Below are positions 1-12,859 of a stretch of 64,000 nt of DNA, one piece after another. The DNA is taken from assembly GCF_964194025.1 (NCBI RefSeq), contig NC_134472.1, forward strand, positions 70,246,001-70,310,000. The letters are read 5' to 3'. The notes under the pieces were generated by a model. The model made no database searches. It was not told where the DNA came from and saw only the letters and a program-made list of their open reading frames with translations. Origin of the DNA: Convolutriloba macropyga (lineage: Eukaryota). Each line of letters starts with the position of its first letter. Positions within the stretch are counted from its first letter, which is position 1. The translations under genes were made by a program, and so were the position numbers.

Positions 1-32
1 TTTATTATACCGTTCTTGACCTCAATGATATC

Positions 33-368
33 TGTGATGCTCCACTGGAATAGTCGGGTAATTGTATTACAATTACAGTTCAATTTGTAATGTAGTGGAA
101 ATGAATCGTGAATCCACAATCGAATGTGATGCTTGAGATCACTTCTCAGATAATAGGTGGAAGGCCGTTTCAGTTCCAGTTAAAATGATTATCTAAGAAA
201 AGCAATGTCTTCTTACTCAGTTTGCTAAGTGAGCTCAAAGAAAGAGTGAGAGAAAAAAAACTGAAGTTTATTGCTTTTGTTGAGACATTTAACAACAGGC
301 AAAAAAATGGGCGCTGTAAACAGAGTGATTTCCTTTAAAGAAAGAGTTAAACTGGGATGCTGTGAACA
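33..368 (-). repeat. 3' LTR of the minus-strand Gypsy element
   Basis: Homologous to 12441-12648 (tcgaatgtga..cttgag, ggaaggccgtttca, tttgctaagtgagctca). The TGTGATGCTCC terminus matches TGTGACACTCC. The inner boundary (~368) is inferred. Confidence 0.75.
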
Positions 369-3300
369 AATTAATATTTCCCAAATATGTCATGCATGAT
401 GATATAACGTCACAATTTGGTAAAGATTTCCAATCTGTAGCACATATCCGCCGCTTTACCAGATTATTGAACTCATCATTCAGATCCGTGGGTCGCATTT
501 GCGGACCAATAATTGGAAAAATCGAAAACTTTTTCTTCTAACGGTGTTAAAGCATTTTCCAAGCAGAGTACCGACTTGTTCGTTCGTTGATCCTTATGTT
601 GGGGAACAGTCTCAAACTCATTTACTGAGCGTACGGAGTCAGGTCTTCCAAATACATAATGAGAAGAAGAACGTCAATGACGTTTTTCTTATGAAGTTGA
701 CGGGGTTGAGGTAGAAAAGGCGGAGATGTTTGGTGTCGGGAAAATCGTCTACGAGTACTCAATGGTTGTCGCTTCGACGGTTTTTTTTCCAGACATGGAT
801 TAGGAGACGTTGCTATTTTTATAAAATTTCCGTGACATGTTCTCAGACTGTCGGTGTCTGATTTTTGGGGTCCCCACGATACCTTTTTTTCAGTCTCTGA
901 TATGCGGGCTAATTTCCCCCGTTGTTTCTTTTTATATGGAAGTGGTCTATTTTGTTGAGCAAATGTCCGGAGTCCTGTTTTTCTTTCGGCTTCAGTACGA
1001 ATTTTTGCAAAGTCATTATTGCGCACTCTGACATCTGGTTGTTGTATTACTGTTGTTGCTGAAGAATTAAGGGATAGGACAGTGCCAGGTACAACTGTTT
1101 CATGCAGTCAGCGGAGAACCTTCATTGAGCGTTTAGAGATTTTCCTGTTTAATTTCAGTTCTAGAGTGTTCTCCGTCCAGGGAATGGGGGTTTTTTGCCT
1201 CCTTTTTTGAGATTGTGAGACTTCTCTGAAAATCTGAGTTTAAAATTTGTGGGACCTCCACTTTTTGTGCTTCTTTGATTTTTTGGACCCAATGAGGTGT
1301 TAAGAAATAACACATTCCTGCTATTGCAAAAACGAATGGTTGCTTAGTTTTTTATTATTTTTAGCAATGCTCTCCTGCATGAGTAACTTCTTCCAAATTT
1401 TTTTATAATGCTTGCAAAAAGCATAATTCCCTAATGCAATTTTATTAAACCGTTCTTGACTTCAATAATGTCCGTGATGCTCCACTGGAATGGAATAGCC
1501 GGGTATTTGTATTACTGTATTGCAATTACTGTTCAAATTGAAAGGGAGTGGATTTGTACCGCGAATCCATAGTCGAATGTGATGCTTGAGTTTCTCTGCT
1601 TGAATGTGATGCCACGTCTAATTCTGTCCAGGTTATTGTCTCTTCTATTTGTATGTCGCTTCTATCAGTGGAAAACCAGCCATTGTCGTCGAGTGAGTCG
1701 TCTACTGGAACTATGACTGCTTCAAAGAAATATTTTAGAACCTTTCCATACGTAAAGTTTGTGCAATTAGGTTTTGTACTATTATTGCTTAGTGGAGTTT
1801 TTGCTTTTCTGCCAAAGTGTACTTGGAAAGGTGATACTCTTAAATTTTTTTGTTTAAATTTGCCTAAATGATATACTATTGACTTTATTAGTTCTTTTAT
1901 TGTAAACACGTTATGATTACTATCGTTTTTCATACATCTTAAGCGTCTTTTAATAGGTTGCATCAATTGTTCTACTACTCCAATAGCTCTTTGATCGTTT
2001 GCAGGTGCAGTGATTTGGCTAATATTACTAGTTTCACAAAAATTTAAACTTTGTATGCTATCAAACATCTGGCTTGATATAAACGCATATTTCATGGTAC
2101 TTCGTGTATACGATCATAATCATCTAAATATTTATTTACTTCTAAACCGTTAGCTTGTTTGGATACTTCTAATGTTGGATATTTGTCAAAACAAACAATA
2201 TATGCCGGCAAATGAATATCTTGATCTCTTTTGTTGGGTATTGGTCCTCCAAAGTCTATTTGTATTTCTTCTTTGGTACAGAGCAAATTTAACGTGGGTT
2301 CCACTTTGACGTTGGTACTACAGCTTTAAAAATGTTTTTACCAATATCAATCCAGGGTTTGCATTTTTCGGGATCTCCAGTTGCATATTAGGTCCAAAAT
2401 GCATTTTTGCAGAATGAGATCGTCCCCCATCTACCCGTACGTGTCAGGTAAAAGGGACTCTGACACCGCTTCTTGAAATGGTTTAGGGATTGCGACACGT
2501 TCATCTATGCACACGTATCCCGAACGTACATGTAGATCCCGCGATAGGATTGCATTTAAAGGCTGACAACCTTAAAACTCTGCTCATCGTTTTGAAGAAC
2601 TCAGTAGCGGACTTCCTTCAAAACAGCATCATTGGTCGTCAATATGTCGAGGAAGCTTTTCATAAATAATTGCGTTAAATTGATTTCAAACAAAACCTTC
2701 CATGACTATTCCAGGTTTGTAGACGTCGATCTATCTTCATTGGATGAACGCGTTACATTCACGTCTGAGTTCGGCATTGATTGAAACGTCACTCGTCTTG
2801 GGTTTTTTGCGGAGTTTGTTGCAATGTAATAGTACGACTCATGTTAGCTAAATTTTGAGAGTATATTTGCGCTGCGATTGCGGAGAGGAAATTTATCAAC
2901 TGTTCTGTGAGGCAATTTAAGGCAAAAATACTTCGGTATGGTTTATTTGCCAAATATTAATGACGCGAACGAAACGTGCTTCATTTTTCACGTTTAGATG
3001 TTCCGCTAGGCAATTTGATGACGCGGCAATTTTATAAATTCTGGCAGTGCCGTCACGAATACGGTTAACTGTCTCGACGGCAATTCCGTCGACATATTTG
3101 TTTGTAACTTTTGTTTCCTGATTTGGTTGGCGAAAGTATAATCTGTTAGGCCCATTTTAGCACCTAAAATGTTTTCGATATTAAAATCATTAGAAAATAA
3201 CCTGTAAACTCGACGTGTCAATAGATTATTCTAAGATTTCTTCGATAGATGGTTTTTCGTTATTGATAAATAAGTTCTATCATCGGTAATGACTCAGAAC

Positions 3301-4602
3301 GATTTTCCAAAGATATAATATATAGAGTATTCTGCAGGCCAAACAACTCCTAAAAGTTCAATTTCCTTGACAGTTGTTTGTTCCTGATAGTTGGTAAATA
3401 AAAGTGATGCAAATGCCACTGTTTGCCAACCTGTTGGTGAACACTGTTCTAACGCAGCACCTCATCGATTGCGTGATGCATCGCATATAACGCTGGTTTC
3501 GATGTTCTGATTATAATGTGTGTTTCTGGTTGCTTCTGCTACTTGGTTTTTGAATGTGTTGAAAATTTGTTTCAGGATATTCATTGAATTCCAATTTAGT
3601 GTTTTTATAAAATTGGTCGTACAGAATAGCTTATTAGTAATCAAATTGGAACAAATTTTCCTAAAAAAACAACTGAATCTGAAACTGATCGTAATTGTGT
3701 AAGTTATTTAGGTGGTAAAAGATTAAGATTTGTAGATGTTTTTGATTCTAGTGGAGAGGCCTGATTGACTAAGTTTAAAACCCAGTTAATCAATTTATAA
3801 TATACCAAAGTGGCTTTTTTGAGGTTAATTTTAGAATTGCTATCGTCAAGTTTTGATAGACTAGCTTTGGCTGACTTCTTTGGACCTATGCTAACAAAAA
3901 TTATGTCATTTAAAAAGCGATATGTGTATCTAGATAAAATTAAATCCGATTAAAATGTAGTTGCTGGCATATCAGTGCGATCATAGAAACCATTAATATT
4001 TTGATAAATACCAGTGCAATCACCAATTATTATTTTAAAATTGCAATGTGACGTATGTTGGTCTAAATTCTGTTGACTGTATGCGTAATTTAAATCCAAT
4101 CTTTTGAAATATGCCGTTTCAATTGATGCTTGTGATAGCTCTTTGATCTACTATCTCTTTGTTGTATGATAATTGTCGAATTGTTGATATTGGTATTGGA
4201 TATTTTTTTAATGGATTTTTAAAACTTTTTAGAGTCTAGCTCAATTTTTGTGGATTTAATTTTTTTACAGTAACGACACTGATACAACAAATTTTCATTA
4301 GAACACCTTTTTACTTTTACGATATGTTTTCCTCTATTAATTTTTTAAGTTCAATATTGACTAATAATTAACGATTGATTGTTACACTTTTTTTCTGCGT
4401 TGGTCTGAAATCTTTGTCGTTTTTGTGTGTTGGCCTGAAATCTTTCTTGAATGTTATTTTTACGGTGTGTTTGTGGGACTTCCTGATTAGGGAGATGAGA
4501 TCAGGGAAATTGATTGCTAATTGTGTCGTGATTGGACATTGACTTTGATTAACACTTAGAACGGGTTTTGTTTTATTTATTGAGAGGCCTAATTTGAAAA
4601 AG

Positions 4603-7600
4603 TGTGATGGTTTCAAAGAAAAATCAAGAAACTTAGACGTTCTTTTTATTAAGTTTTCAAAAAACAAAAGAAGAACTCAGCTGACGAACTTTGTTGCTAT
4701 GTCGGTAAGTAATGGCCACAAAACTAAACTCAATTCTAATTTTGTCTTGGCGCTATCATTATCTTATTGATCTATCAATCATATGTCAGAAGTAAATTCT
4801 CCCACAAACAGAAACCTGATTCTAACATCCACTGACCTCCAACTAATGAACTCGATTGTACCTTGGCCATATATGATTCTCATGAAATATTGATGAAAAT
4901 AGAAAATCACCTCCGGGATTTGGAACTAAGATCTATTCACATGTCAATCAACTAAAATATTTTTAGCTAATCTAAATTTTCTCATTATATTGTGGCACAC
5001 ATAACTACTATAAATACGAGCTAAATTTTATATTTTTTAGTTCCAAATTTAATTTAAAATTCAACTTACTGAATTCTTTTGACCCGTGTTTTCGACCACG
5101 ACAATGGTGTCCAGAACAACTACAGACAGAAGAATTTTTGATGTACAGAATGCAGAACAATCTACTGCGTGGATTTTGTCTTTTGTGGAGAAATGTCGAG
5201 CAGAGAAGAAAGAGAACGAAATCAACACCGATGCTACTGTACAAGACTTACAGGTAACCAATCTTTTTCATAGTATGTGCGGGCAAGATGCAATTATTTA
5301 ACCTAGGAGCCTAACTATCCCTAGAAAATTAAAAGACAGTCCGTATAAAGAGATCAGATTGGCGATTCGTCATTATATTTCTCTTAAAGAGAGAGAGTAG
5401 AAGCCGCAAAAAACCTAAATTTTTGTCCTTAGTACAAGGTGTAGAGGAGTCAGACGACGATTTCCTAGCACGTCTTAGAGAAGAAGCACACTATTGTGAC
5501 TTCGAAAAACTCAAAACAGCGGCCAACCCCGAAGAGGAGTTGGTAAAAAGAAAGTATATCTCAGGTTTTAGGGACTCTGAAGTAAAACTTAGACGACTAC
5601 TAGACTGTATTGTAGCAAAACCAACAATGTACATTACTGAAATGACCGAGTGCTTAAAGTCCAAAAGTCAAAAAATGGCTTTTGCAAGTTCTTCATCAGG
5701 TAATAGGCCTTTTACTGTGAAAAAAGAAGTTGCGTTCAACTTCAAATAGACCTTTCGAAAGCCAAATGAATCCTTTGCTGTTAATAAAAGCAAAAAAATG
5801 TGCACTAGGTGTGGAGGTAAGCAACATTCTAGTAGATCCTGTCCAGTGCTAGTAAAAAATGCAACACCTGTGAAAACTTGGGACAATTCTCAAAAATGTG
5901 TGGAAGCAAACCCCAGCCAAATTCAGGTAAGCACAATAAACAGATTAACTCTGGAGATGGGAATGTTTTATACTAAAGAACAAATCTTTAGCATGTCTGC
6001 GACATGGGAATATATCTCAATAAATTATTGCAAAGTAAAAATGCAGGTAGACACAGGTGCAGATAGCACAGTGATATCATCAAAAAAATTAACTGAGCTT
6101 GGTAAACCTCAGTTGAATGGTAAGATAAGACATCTCAAAGTTTATGATGGTAATCAATTAACGCTTCTGGGATCACTTATTTGTGACGTTGAGTGGAACG
6201 GAAGCAGGCTCACACAAAAACAACTAGCAGTTTTGCAGTCTGATAAAGAATTTGGTCTAATTGGTAGAATCCTTCTACCCAAGCACGGTGTGAACAACAT
6301 CACAACCGAGCGCCTATCTGCTGTAAAGGGTTACAAAGCTCATGTGAAGCTGATACCAGGATCATAGACGATGTTCTGCAAAGCCAGAAAAATACCTCTA
6401 ACTTTTCAAGACAAGGTCACAGAGAAGCTGGAACAGATGGTCAGACAGGGCAACCTTGAACCGGTACATCCAAGAGGAGTCACTAATGCAACCCCAGTGG
6501 TGTGGCAGAGAAAGAAGAGTGGAGAACTGAGAATTTGCGTGGACTTGAAGTTGCATATCAGTGACATGGTGATGGATGAGGACTACCCAATACCAGACAT
6601 GAAGACGATCATCCAGAACTTACCTGGGGCCTCAAACTCTGGCAAAACTGACTTCTCAGATGCCTACTATCAAATTGAACTTGACGAGGAGGCAAAAGAT
6701 ATATGCACAGTCAAAACGTCTCAGGGACTGTTCAAGATGTGCCGACTAACTCAGGGATTGAAAAACTCTCCTTCAATCTTCCAGAATTGCATCGAATCAA
6801 CACTCAAAGGAATCTAAGGTGTTATGATCTTTCAAGACGATGTGTTGGTGTATGGAACTACCAAGGAACAGTTCGATAGAGGAATGCTTGCAGTCAAGAG
6901 TCAACTACGTGAGAAAAATTTTCTACTAATGGGAGAAAGGCTAACTCAAAATTAGTCGATAGGGTTAGTTTTTTGGGATTCTCCATTTCAAATGAGGGAA
7001 TAGCACCAGATCCAAAAAATATTGAAAAAGTAAAAAATGCAAGAGCACCAACTAACAATAAACAACTCGAATCGTTTGCCGGGCTAGCAAATTGTTACGG
7101 AAGAATAATTCCTGATTTTTCAACAAAAATACTACCCTTAAACAACATGAGAAATAGCTATTTCTCATGAAGCAAAAAGACCTTGAAAACATGAAAAACG
7201 ATTTGTGCGCTAACCCAATTGTACAGCAATGTAGTTTACAAAAAAAACAACAGTTACTACTGACGCCTCTGAAAAGCCATTGGCGGGGTTCTTTCGCAAG
7301 AAGGACATCCAGTCATATATGTATCGAGAAAGTTGACTCCAGCGGAGCAAAACTCCTCCAACATAGAGCGGGAAGTACTGGTAATTGTGTTTGTGGTCAC
7401 AAGATTGAAGCAATTCCTTCTTGGAGGACGATTTACCCTACAGACGGACCACAAACCATTCAAATATCTCTTTGCACCAGACAAGGAGATCCCGAAGACA
7501 GCATCAACCAGAATCACAAGATGGGCAATAGCTTTCATGTGCTTCGATTATGAGTTGAAGTACACACCAGGAGAGCAGATACCCCATGCAGATGCTTTCA

Positions 7601-8671
7601 GTTGAATGGATTTTGACGAAGAGGAATCCAACAACGATCAAGTGTGCTTCGTAATCAATAACATCTACTTGGCTCAGAGTGACTTGGTGAACCAAGCAGA
7701 AAAGGAAACTGAACTTGCAACAAACAGACTCTTCCAGGACATAATTAAACGAATCAAAACTGGCTATTAAAAACAATGTTCAGAAGCTGAAAAAGGATTT
7801 GAACATCACAAAGATGCGTGACCATACACAATTGAACCATCTTCAGAGGTGTTGTTCCTTTCATTCCAACCAAACAACAACACTTGGTTTTGGAAAAAGT
7901 GCATGAGACACATCCTGGGAAAAACGCAACTGAGGCACCAGTCAGATGATAGCATGGTTGCCTAGTATTACACAAGACGTTAAACATTTTGTTAGAAAAT
8001 GTGAGTATTGTCAAATGAACAGCCCCAGCCTGGGAGAAACAGCCTCTGCCCGGCCAGAAGCCGACGTTTGGGGACGTCTCCACATTGACTGGGGTTTGTT
8101 TAAGGACCAAGGCAATATCTTAGTAATTTTTGACGGGTTCTGGTTGGATAGAAGCTTTCCCTGCAGGAAATAGAAAATCGGAAACAGTTAAAGTATATCT
8201 ATTCAAAGACGAGGCGCAAAACTCCAGTTGAACGCACAGTGAGACTACCGTTAATAGCAGATTTCGACTTGTGCGAACCCATTCTATTCAAGGCCAATGA
8301 AAAGACAAAGACAGTTCCTGCTACCTTCATCATCAGAAAGAACATAAGCACATCTTTCTTACAACAAAACTCAACACGGACTATTCTAGTGAGTGACAAT
8401 CAAATTGCGAGACTCAACTACGATAATGTGAAAACTGAACCAGTAATAAAGCAGACCTTCATATCTGAATCAGAATCACAAATTCAGGACACAGATGTGG
8501 GACCTTCACAATCAAGTGAAATAATGCTAATATAGCTAATCTAAATTTTCTCTGTATATTTTCGCACAGATAACTACTATAAATAAGAGCTACTTTTTGT
8601 ATTTTTTCAGTTCGAAATTTAATTGAAAATTCATCTTCGAATTCTTTTGACCCGTGTTATCGACCACGACA
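4603..8671 (+). mobile_element. Nested Gypsy (Mag/K02A2.6-like) LTR retrotransposon, degenerate, short LTRs
   Basis: Shows gag with knuckle remnant (CTRCGGKQHSSRSC), protease VDTGADST, RT (ELRICVD..DYPIPD, DFSDAYYQI, FQDD), RNase H (TDHKP) and integrase (WGRLHIDW). LTRs share tagctaatctaaattttc...gacccgtgtt.tcgaccacgaca (4965-5103 and 8533-8671). Flanks are AAAAG/AAAAA, and the host sequence rejoins across the insertion. Confidence 0.9.
5105..5117 (+). promoter_or_regulatory. PBS of the nested Gypsy (tRNA-Leu-like TGGTGTC...)
   Basis: TGGTGTCCAGAAC begins 1 nt after the LTR end CACGACA. Confidence 0.6.
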
Positions 8672-11600
8672 AAAAAATCTAGACCAGTTAATGACCAATA
8701 TCCGTCTTTTACAACTGTGCATTTAACGTACGTAACTATTCGTGACTATGAAATCAACGATAGTGATTATATCATTTGAAAACTTTTGAAGAACATGCAC
8801 TGTTGAAGACTTCGCCCAATAGCTGGTTTTATTGGTCAGAGTCACCTTTGCTAAGCTTTTATGTATGAAAATGCAAACGCTTTCGTCTTTGCGTTTCTGA
8901 ACTGTACTTTTTATGTTGACGGTTCTTCCTCTCTAAGGTTCTGGCCGTTCGATATTACTGCCTCATCGTTATCCGAATCATAATTAGCATCACAAAAAAA
9001 TGTTGTTGTAACCTGTTATCTATTTGGTTAAGCTGATCATTGGCCGATGTTTCCACTGTTATAGCTTTGAATTTTTATCTTCAAGATGGATGACTAGAGG
9101 GCTTCGCTGACTGTTTTTTGGATTTTGAGCCAATTTAGGCAAAATGATTACGAATTCCACAATTTTTGAACTTCTTTCCTTAAGCTGCGCAATTTTGACG
9201 ATGATTGAGGTTCACGAATTTTCACAAAGAGAACAATTGATTAGTTTGTTGAAATATCCTTGTTGAGCAGTGCGATGGTTGTTCCAACTACTCAAATGGG
9301 AGATCCAGATCCCTGGAATATTATTTAACAAAGGATTAGAACACGAGCCGCTTACAGTATATGCAGACGTTCCCGATAATTTTTTTTGATTTTGAATGCC
9401 CCTCTCTCTGTTATGTGGCTAACTCTTCTGTTTTTTCAGGTGTTATTTTTTCTTTTAAATAATCGCATTGTTTTGCTTCGTCCAGCAAAATGGCAATTAC
9501 GACATCTCTGATATCACTCTTCGTGGTTACCGATGTCGCAATTGATGGACTGTTTGCGTGACCATCCGCAGAATTTTTCAATTGGTTTCTTTTGAGGTTT
9601 TTGTTGTTAGGAAGACATAAAGGTCTGAAGTTATGTTCTTCTGTTTTGTGAGAACAATATCAAGTGTAGTCCGCTTTTCCCACGTAGTTAAAACTTTTAT
9701 ATCGAGAACCGAATATTCTGCGACCTTCTCTAACACAACTTAGGTAGGATGGTGAAACTGCCTGACTATCACTGGTTTTCCAAGGACGGTCACCACACAA
9801 GATCCCGCAGCCTCACTCCTTTGGCATCTCTTAATCCAAGCGTTCTTCAGTTGTTTGTTTTGTATTCTGCAATCGTGTTCGATTTGGACAGTAGTTCCTT
9901 CAACATTTTCTTCGTAGAAATGTTCAGGTGGTAGGACTACTTTCCGCGGCAGTGTATGTCTTACGGTATCGATAAAGTTGCTGAAAGTTTAAGAATTGCA
10001 GTTGTTTCCAGTTCTAGTGGAGAGACCTGATTGACTAAATTTAATGTCTAGCCATTCATTTTCTATTTCAGCAAAAGGTTTTTAATGCTAATTCTATTAT
10101 TGCCATCGTCAAATTTTTTAACGCATTGGTAGATTAGCGTTATAGTTGACTTCCATAGATCCGCTATTAAATTATTTTATATAATAAAAAAAATTATGTA
10201 TATTATAAAAGACATATTATATATTATTATAAGAAGTATATTAAATATTATAAAAATTTTTATGTCATCTACAATGCAATGTGTGTATTCAAATCCGATT
10301 AAAGTGTAGTCTTTTACCTTTTGGAAAGTTGCAGGCATATCAGTGAGACCATAGAAACCTGTAATAAAAAAGTAGCATCGCATTCATCAAATAATTTATG
10401 AAAATTGCAATGGCGTAACGTATGCAGTTCAAAATTCAGTTGACAGTATGCGTAATTTAAATCCAATTTTGTGCAATCTGCTGTTGTAATATTTGCCGTT
10501 TCATTTGGTGCTTGTTCTAGCTCTTTGATGCAATATCTTTTTTCTGTAAAGGTATCTGTCAATTTGTCGATGATGGTCATTGAATATTTGATTTCTTTGA
10601 ATGAAACTATATAACATGTTAGAGTCTAGAGCAAGTTTTAAATATTTATTTTTTTAAACTGAAGACAATGGGATAGATCAGATTTCATCAGAACAACTCT
10701 TTTATGATATGTTTTTCGTCTATTATTTTTTTCAAATTGAGTAGTTACTAAAGGTTAAAGATTGATTGATACACTTCGTCCCTTTTGGTGTGTTTGTATA
10801 AAATAATTGTTGAATATTGAATTAATTGTGTTTTCGGGACTTGATAATTCGGGAGATGAGAACAGGGAAACTGAATGTTAACTGTGTTTTGGTTGGGCAT
10901 TGATTAACACTTATTACGGGTTTTAATAGGTTTAATGAGAAGCCTAATTGGAAAAGAGCTCCAGTTCGATAAATGACCATTGTCCGTCTTTTACTACTGT
11001 CGATTTGATGTTTTTGTCTGTCCAATTGTTACCTTTCACAGTTAGGACTTGGACGCCAGCTATCGTGATTATGTTTTTTGAAAAATATTGCAGAATGTGC
11101 ACTGTTGAAGACTTTATCCAATAGCTGTTTTCATCGCTCATAGCCATGGCATTTGCTATTTCTTTTATGAATGATTGTGCAAACGCAGCTTGAATCCACC
11201 AACGCTTTTGTCCCTACGTTTCTGAACAGTATTTTTTATGTTGACTGATTCTACCTCTCTAAAGTATTGGTCGTTCGAAGTTACTGCCTCATCGTTATCC
11301 GAGTCATAGTTAGCACCATAAATTCTATGCTGTTGTAACAAATTATTTTTTTGGTTGATCTGATAATTGGCCGATGCTCCCACTGTTTTAGCCTCGGAGG
11401 ATAGTTATCCTCAACAAGGATAACTAGTGGTTTTGGTTTCCAATTTTTTTTTTGGTTTTTGACAAAGATTGGCATAATGATTACAAATGCCACAATTTTT
11501 GAACATTTCTTCCTTGAGCTCGGCTATTTTGGGGGCCACGAACTTTCAAACACAGAAAATAGGTCATTTTGTTGACATTTCTTTGTTGACGAGAGCGATT

Positions 11601-12429
11601 GTTCTTCCAACTACTTACCAGGAAGATCCAATTCCTTGAATATTATTTACAAAATGATTAGACAGAGCCTCCTAGAAGAATTGCAGACGTTTGCGTTATT
11701 TTAAGTTGATTTTGAATGCCCCTATTTCTGTTTTGTGGCTAACTTTTTGCCTTTTAAGTTGTTGTTTTTCTTTTAAAAATCTCGTTTTATTTTTTTGTCC
11801 AGCAAAATGGCAATTACGACATCTCTGATTTGACTCTTCGTGGCTACCGATTTTGCAGTTGAAGGACTGTTTGCGTAAACATCCGTAGAATTTTTCAATT
11901 GGTTCCTTTTTGAGGTTCTTTTTGTAAGGAAGACATAGAGGTCTAAAGTTTTGTTCGTGAGAACAATATCAAGAATAGTCGGCAATTCACAGATAGTTAA
12001 TTGGTCAACCTCGAAAGTTTTTTCATGAGAACCAAATATTTTGCGAACTTCTCTACCAACACTTGGGTAGGATAATGAAACTGTCTAACTATCACAGATA
12101 TTCCAAGGAGGGCTTCTTCCACACAGGATTCCTCAGACTCAATCTTTTGGCATCTAATGAGCCGAGCCTTCTTTAGTTGTTCGTTTCGTTTTCCGCAATC
12201 GTGTTCAGTTTGGGCAGTACTTTCCTTACATTTTCTTCTGAGACATGTTCAGGTAATAGGACTACTTTCTCCGGTGTTGCCTCTCTTATGGAATCGATGG
12301 AAATTCCTTCTTTTGCCAGGATTGACAATTTCAGGATCATTTGCTATTGTTCCCATCGCAATTGGATTTGCAAAGTTGGCTTTTTTTCCGAAAAAAAAGT
12401 TTGACCACGAGGACACGCTATGCTGATGA

Positions 12430-12440
12430 TGACTGCGCCA
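12430..12440 (-). promoter_or_regulatory. Primer binding site, probably tRNA-Ser
   Basis: Minus strand TGGCGCAGTCA abuts the LTR CA end and is complementary to a tRNA 3' end ...TGACTGCGCCA (Ser-type acceptor stem). Confidence 0.7.
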
Positions 12441-12648
12441 TGTGACACTCCTTTTGAATAGTCTGGTAATTGTAATACATATTAAATTACAAGGGAATGG
12501 ATGCGAACCGCGAATAAACCGTCGAATGTGAAACTTGAGTTTACTATTTCCTTAATTGTAGCTGGAAGGCCGTTTCAATATCGCTTAAGATTATTATCTA
12601 GGAAAAGCAATGCATATCCACTCAATTTGCTAAGTGAGCTCAGAGAAA
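12441..12648 (-). repeat. 5' LTR (outer part lost in the assembly gap)
   Basis: On the minus strand it ends ...GAGTGTCACA and is followed directly by the PBS; similar to 33-245. Confidence 0.8.
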
Positions 12649-12859
12649 NNNNNNNNNNNNNNNNNNNNNNNNNNNNNNNNNNNNNNNNNNNNNNNNNNNN
12701 NNNNNNNNNNNNNNNNNNNNNNNNNNNNNNNNNNNNNNNNNNNNNNNNNNNNNNNNNNNNNNNNNNNNNNNNNNNNNNNNNNNNNNNNNNNNNNNNNNNN
12801 NNNNNNNNNNNNNNNNNNNNNNNNNNNNNNNNNNNNNNNNNNNNNNNNNNNNNNNNNNN
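12649..12859. other. Assembly gap
   Basis: Run of N. Confidence 1.

Larger units (their letters stand above)
33..12648 (-). mobile_element. Degenerate Gypsy/Ty3 LTR retrotransposon (gag-PR-RT-RH-IN), interrupted by nested insertions
   Basis: Minus-strand fragments include integrase (IQIDFGGP; AIGVVEQLMQPIKRRL; SPFQVHFGRK at 1526-2304), RNase H (VICDAS, near 3480), RT (KLDLNYAYCQL, TGFYGLTDMPATFQKV) and gag. Related LTRs lie at 33-~368 and 12441-12648. Many stops and frameshifts. Confidence 0.9.

Noticed and set aside
4611-4962. Insert in the nested element's 5' LTR as a LINE endonuclease fragment
   Set aside because: Only a faint resemblance (PT..NLILTS); too degraded to call.
12421-12440. 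Hammerhead core CTGATGA (also near 25865)
   Set aside because: No supporting stems with GAAA were found; the sites are explained by the PBS region and a LINE 3' UTR.
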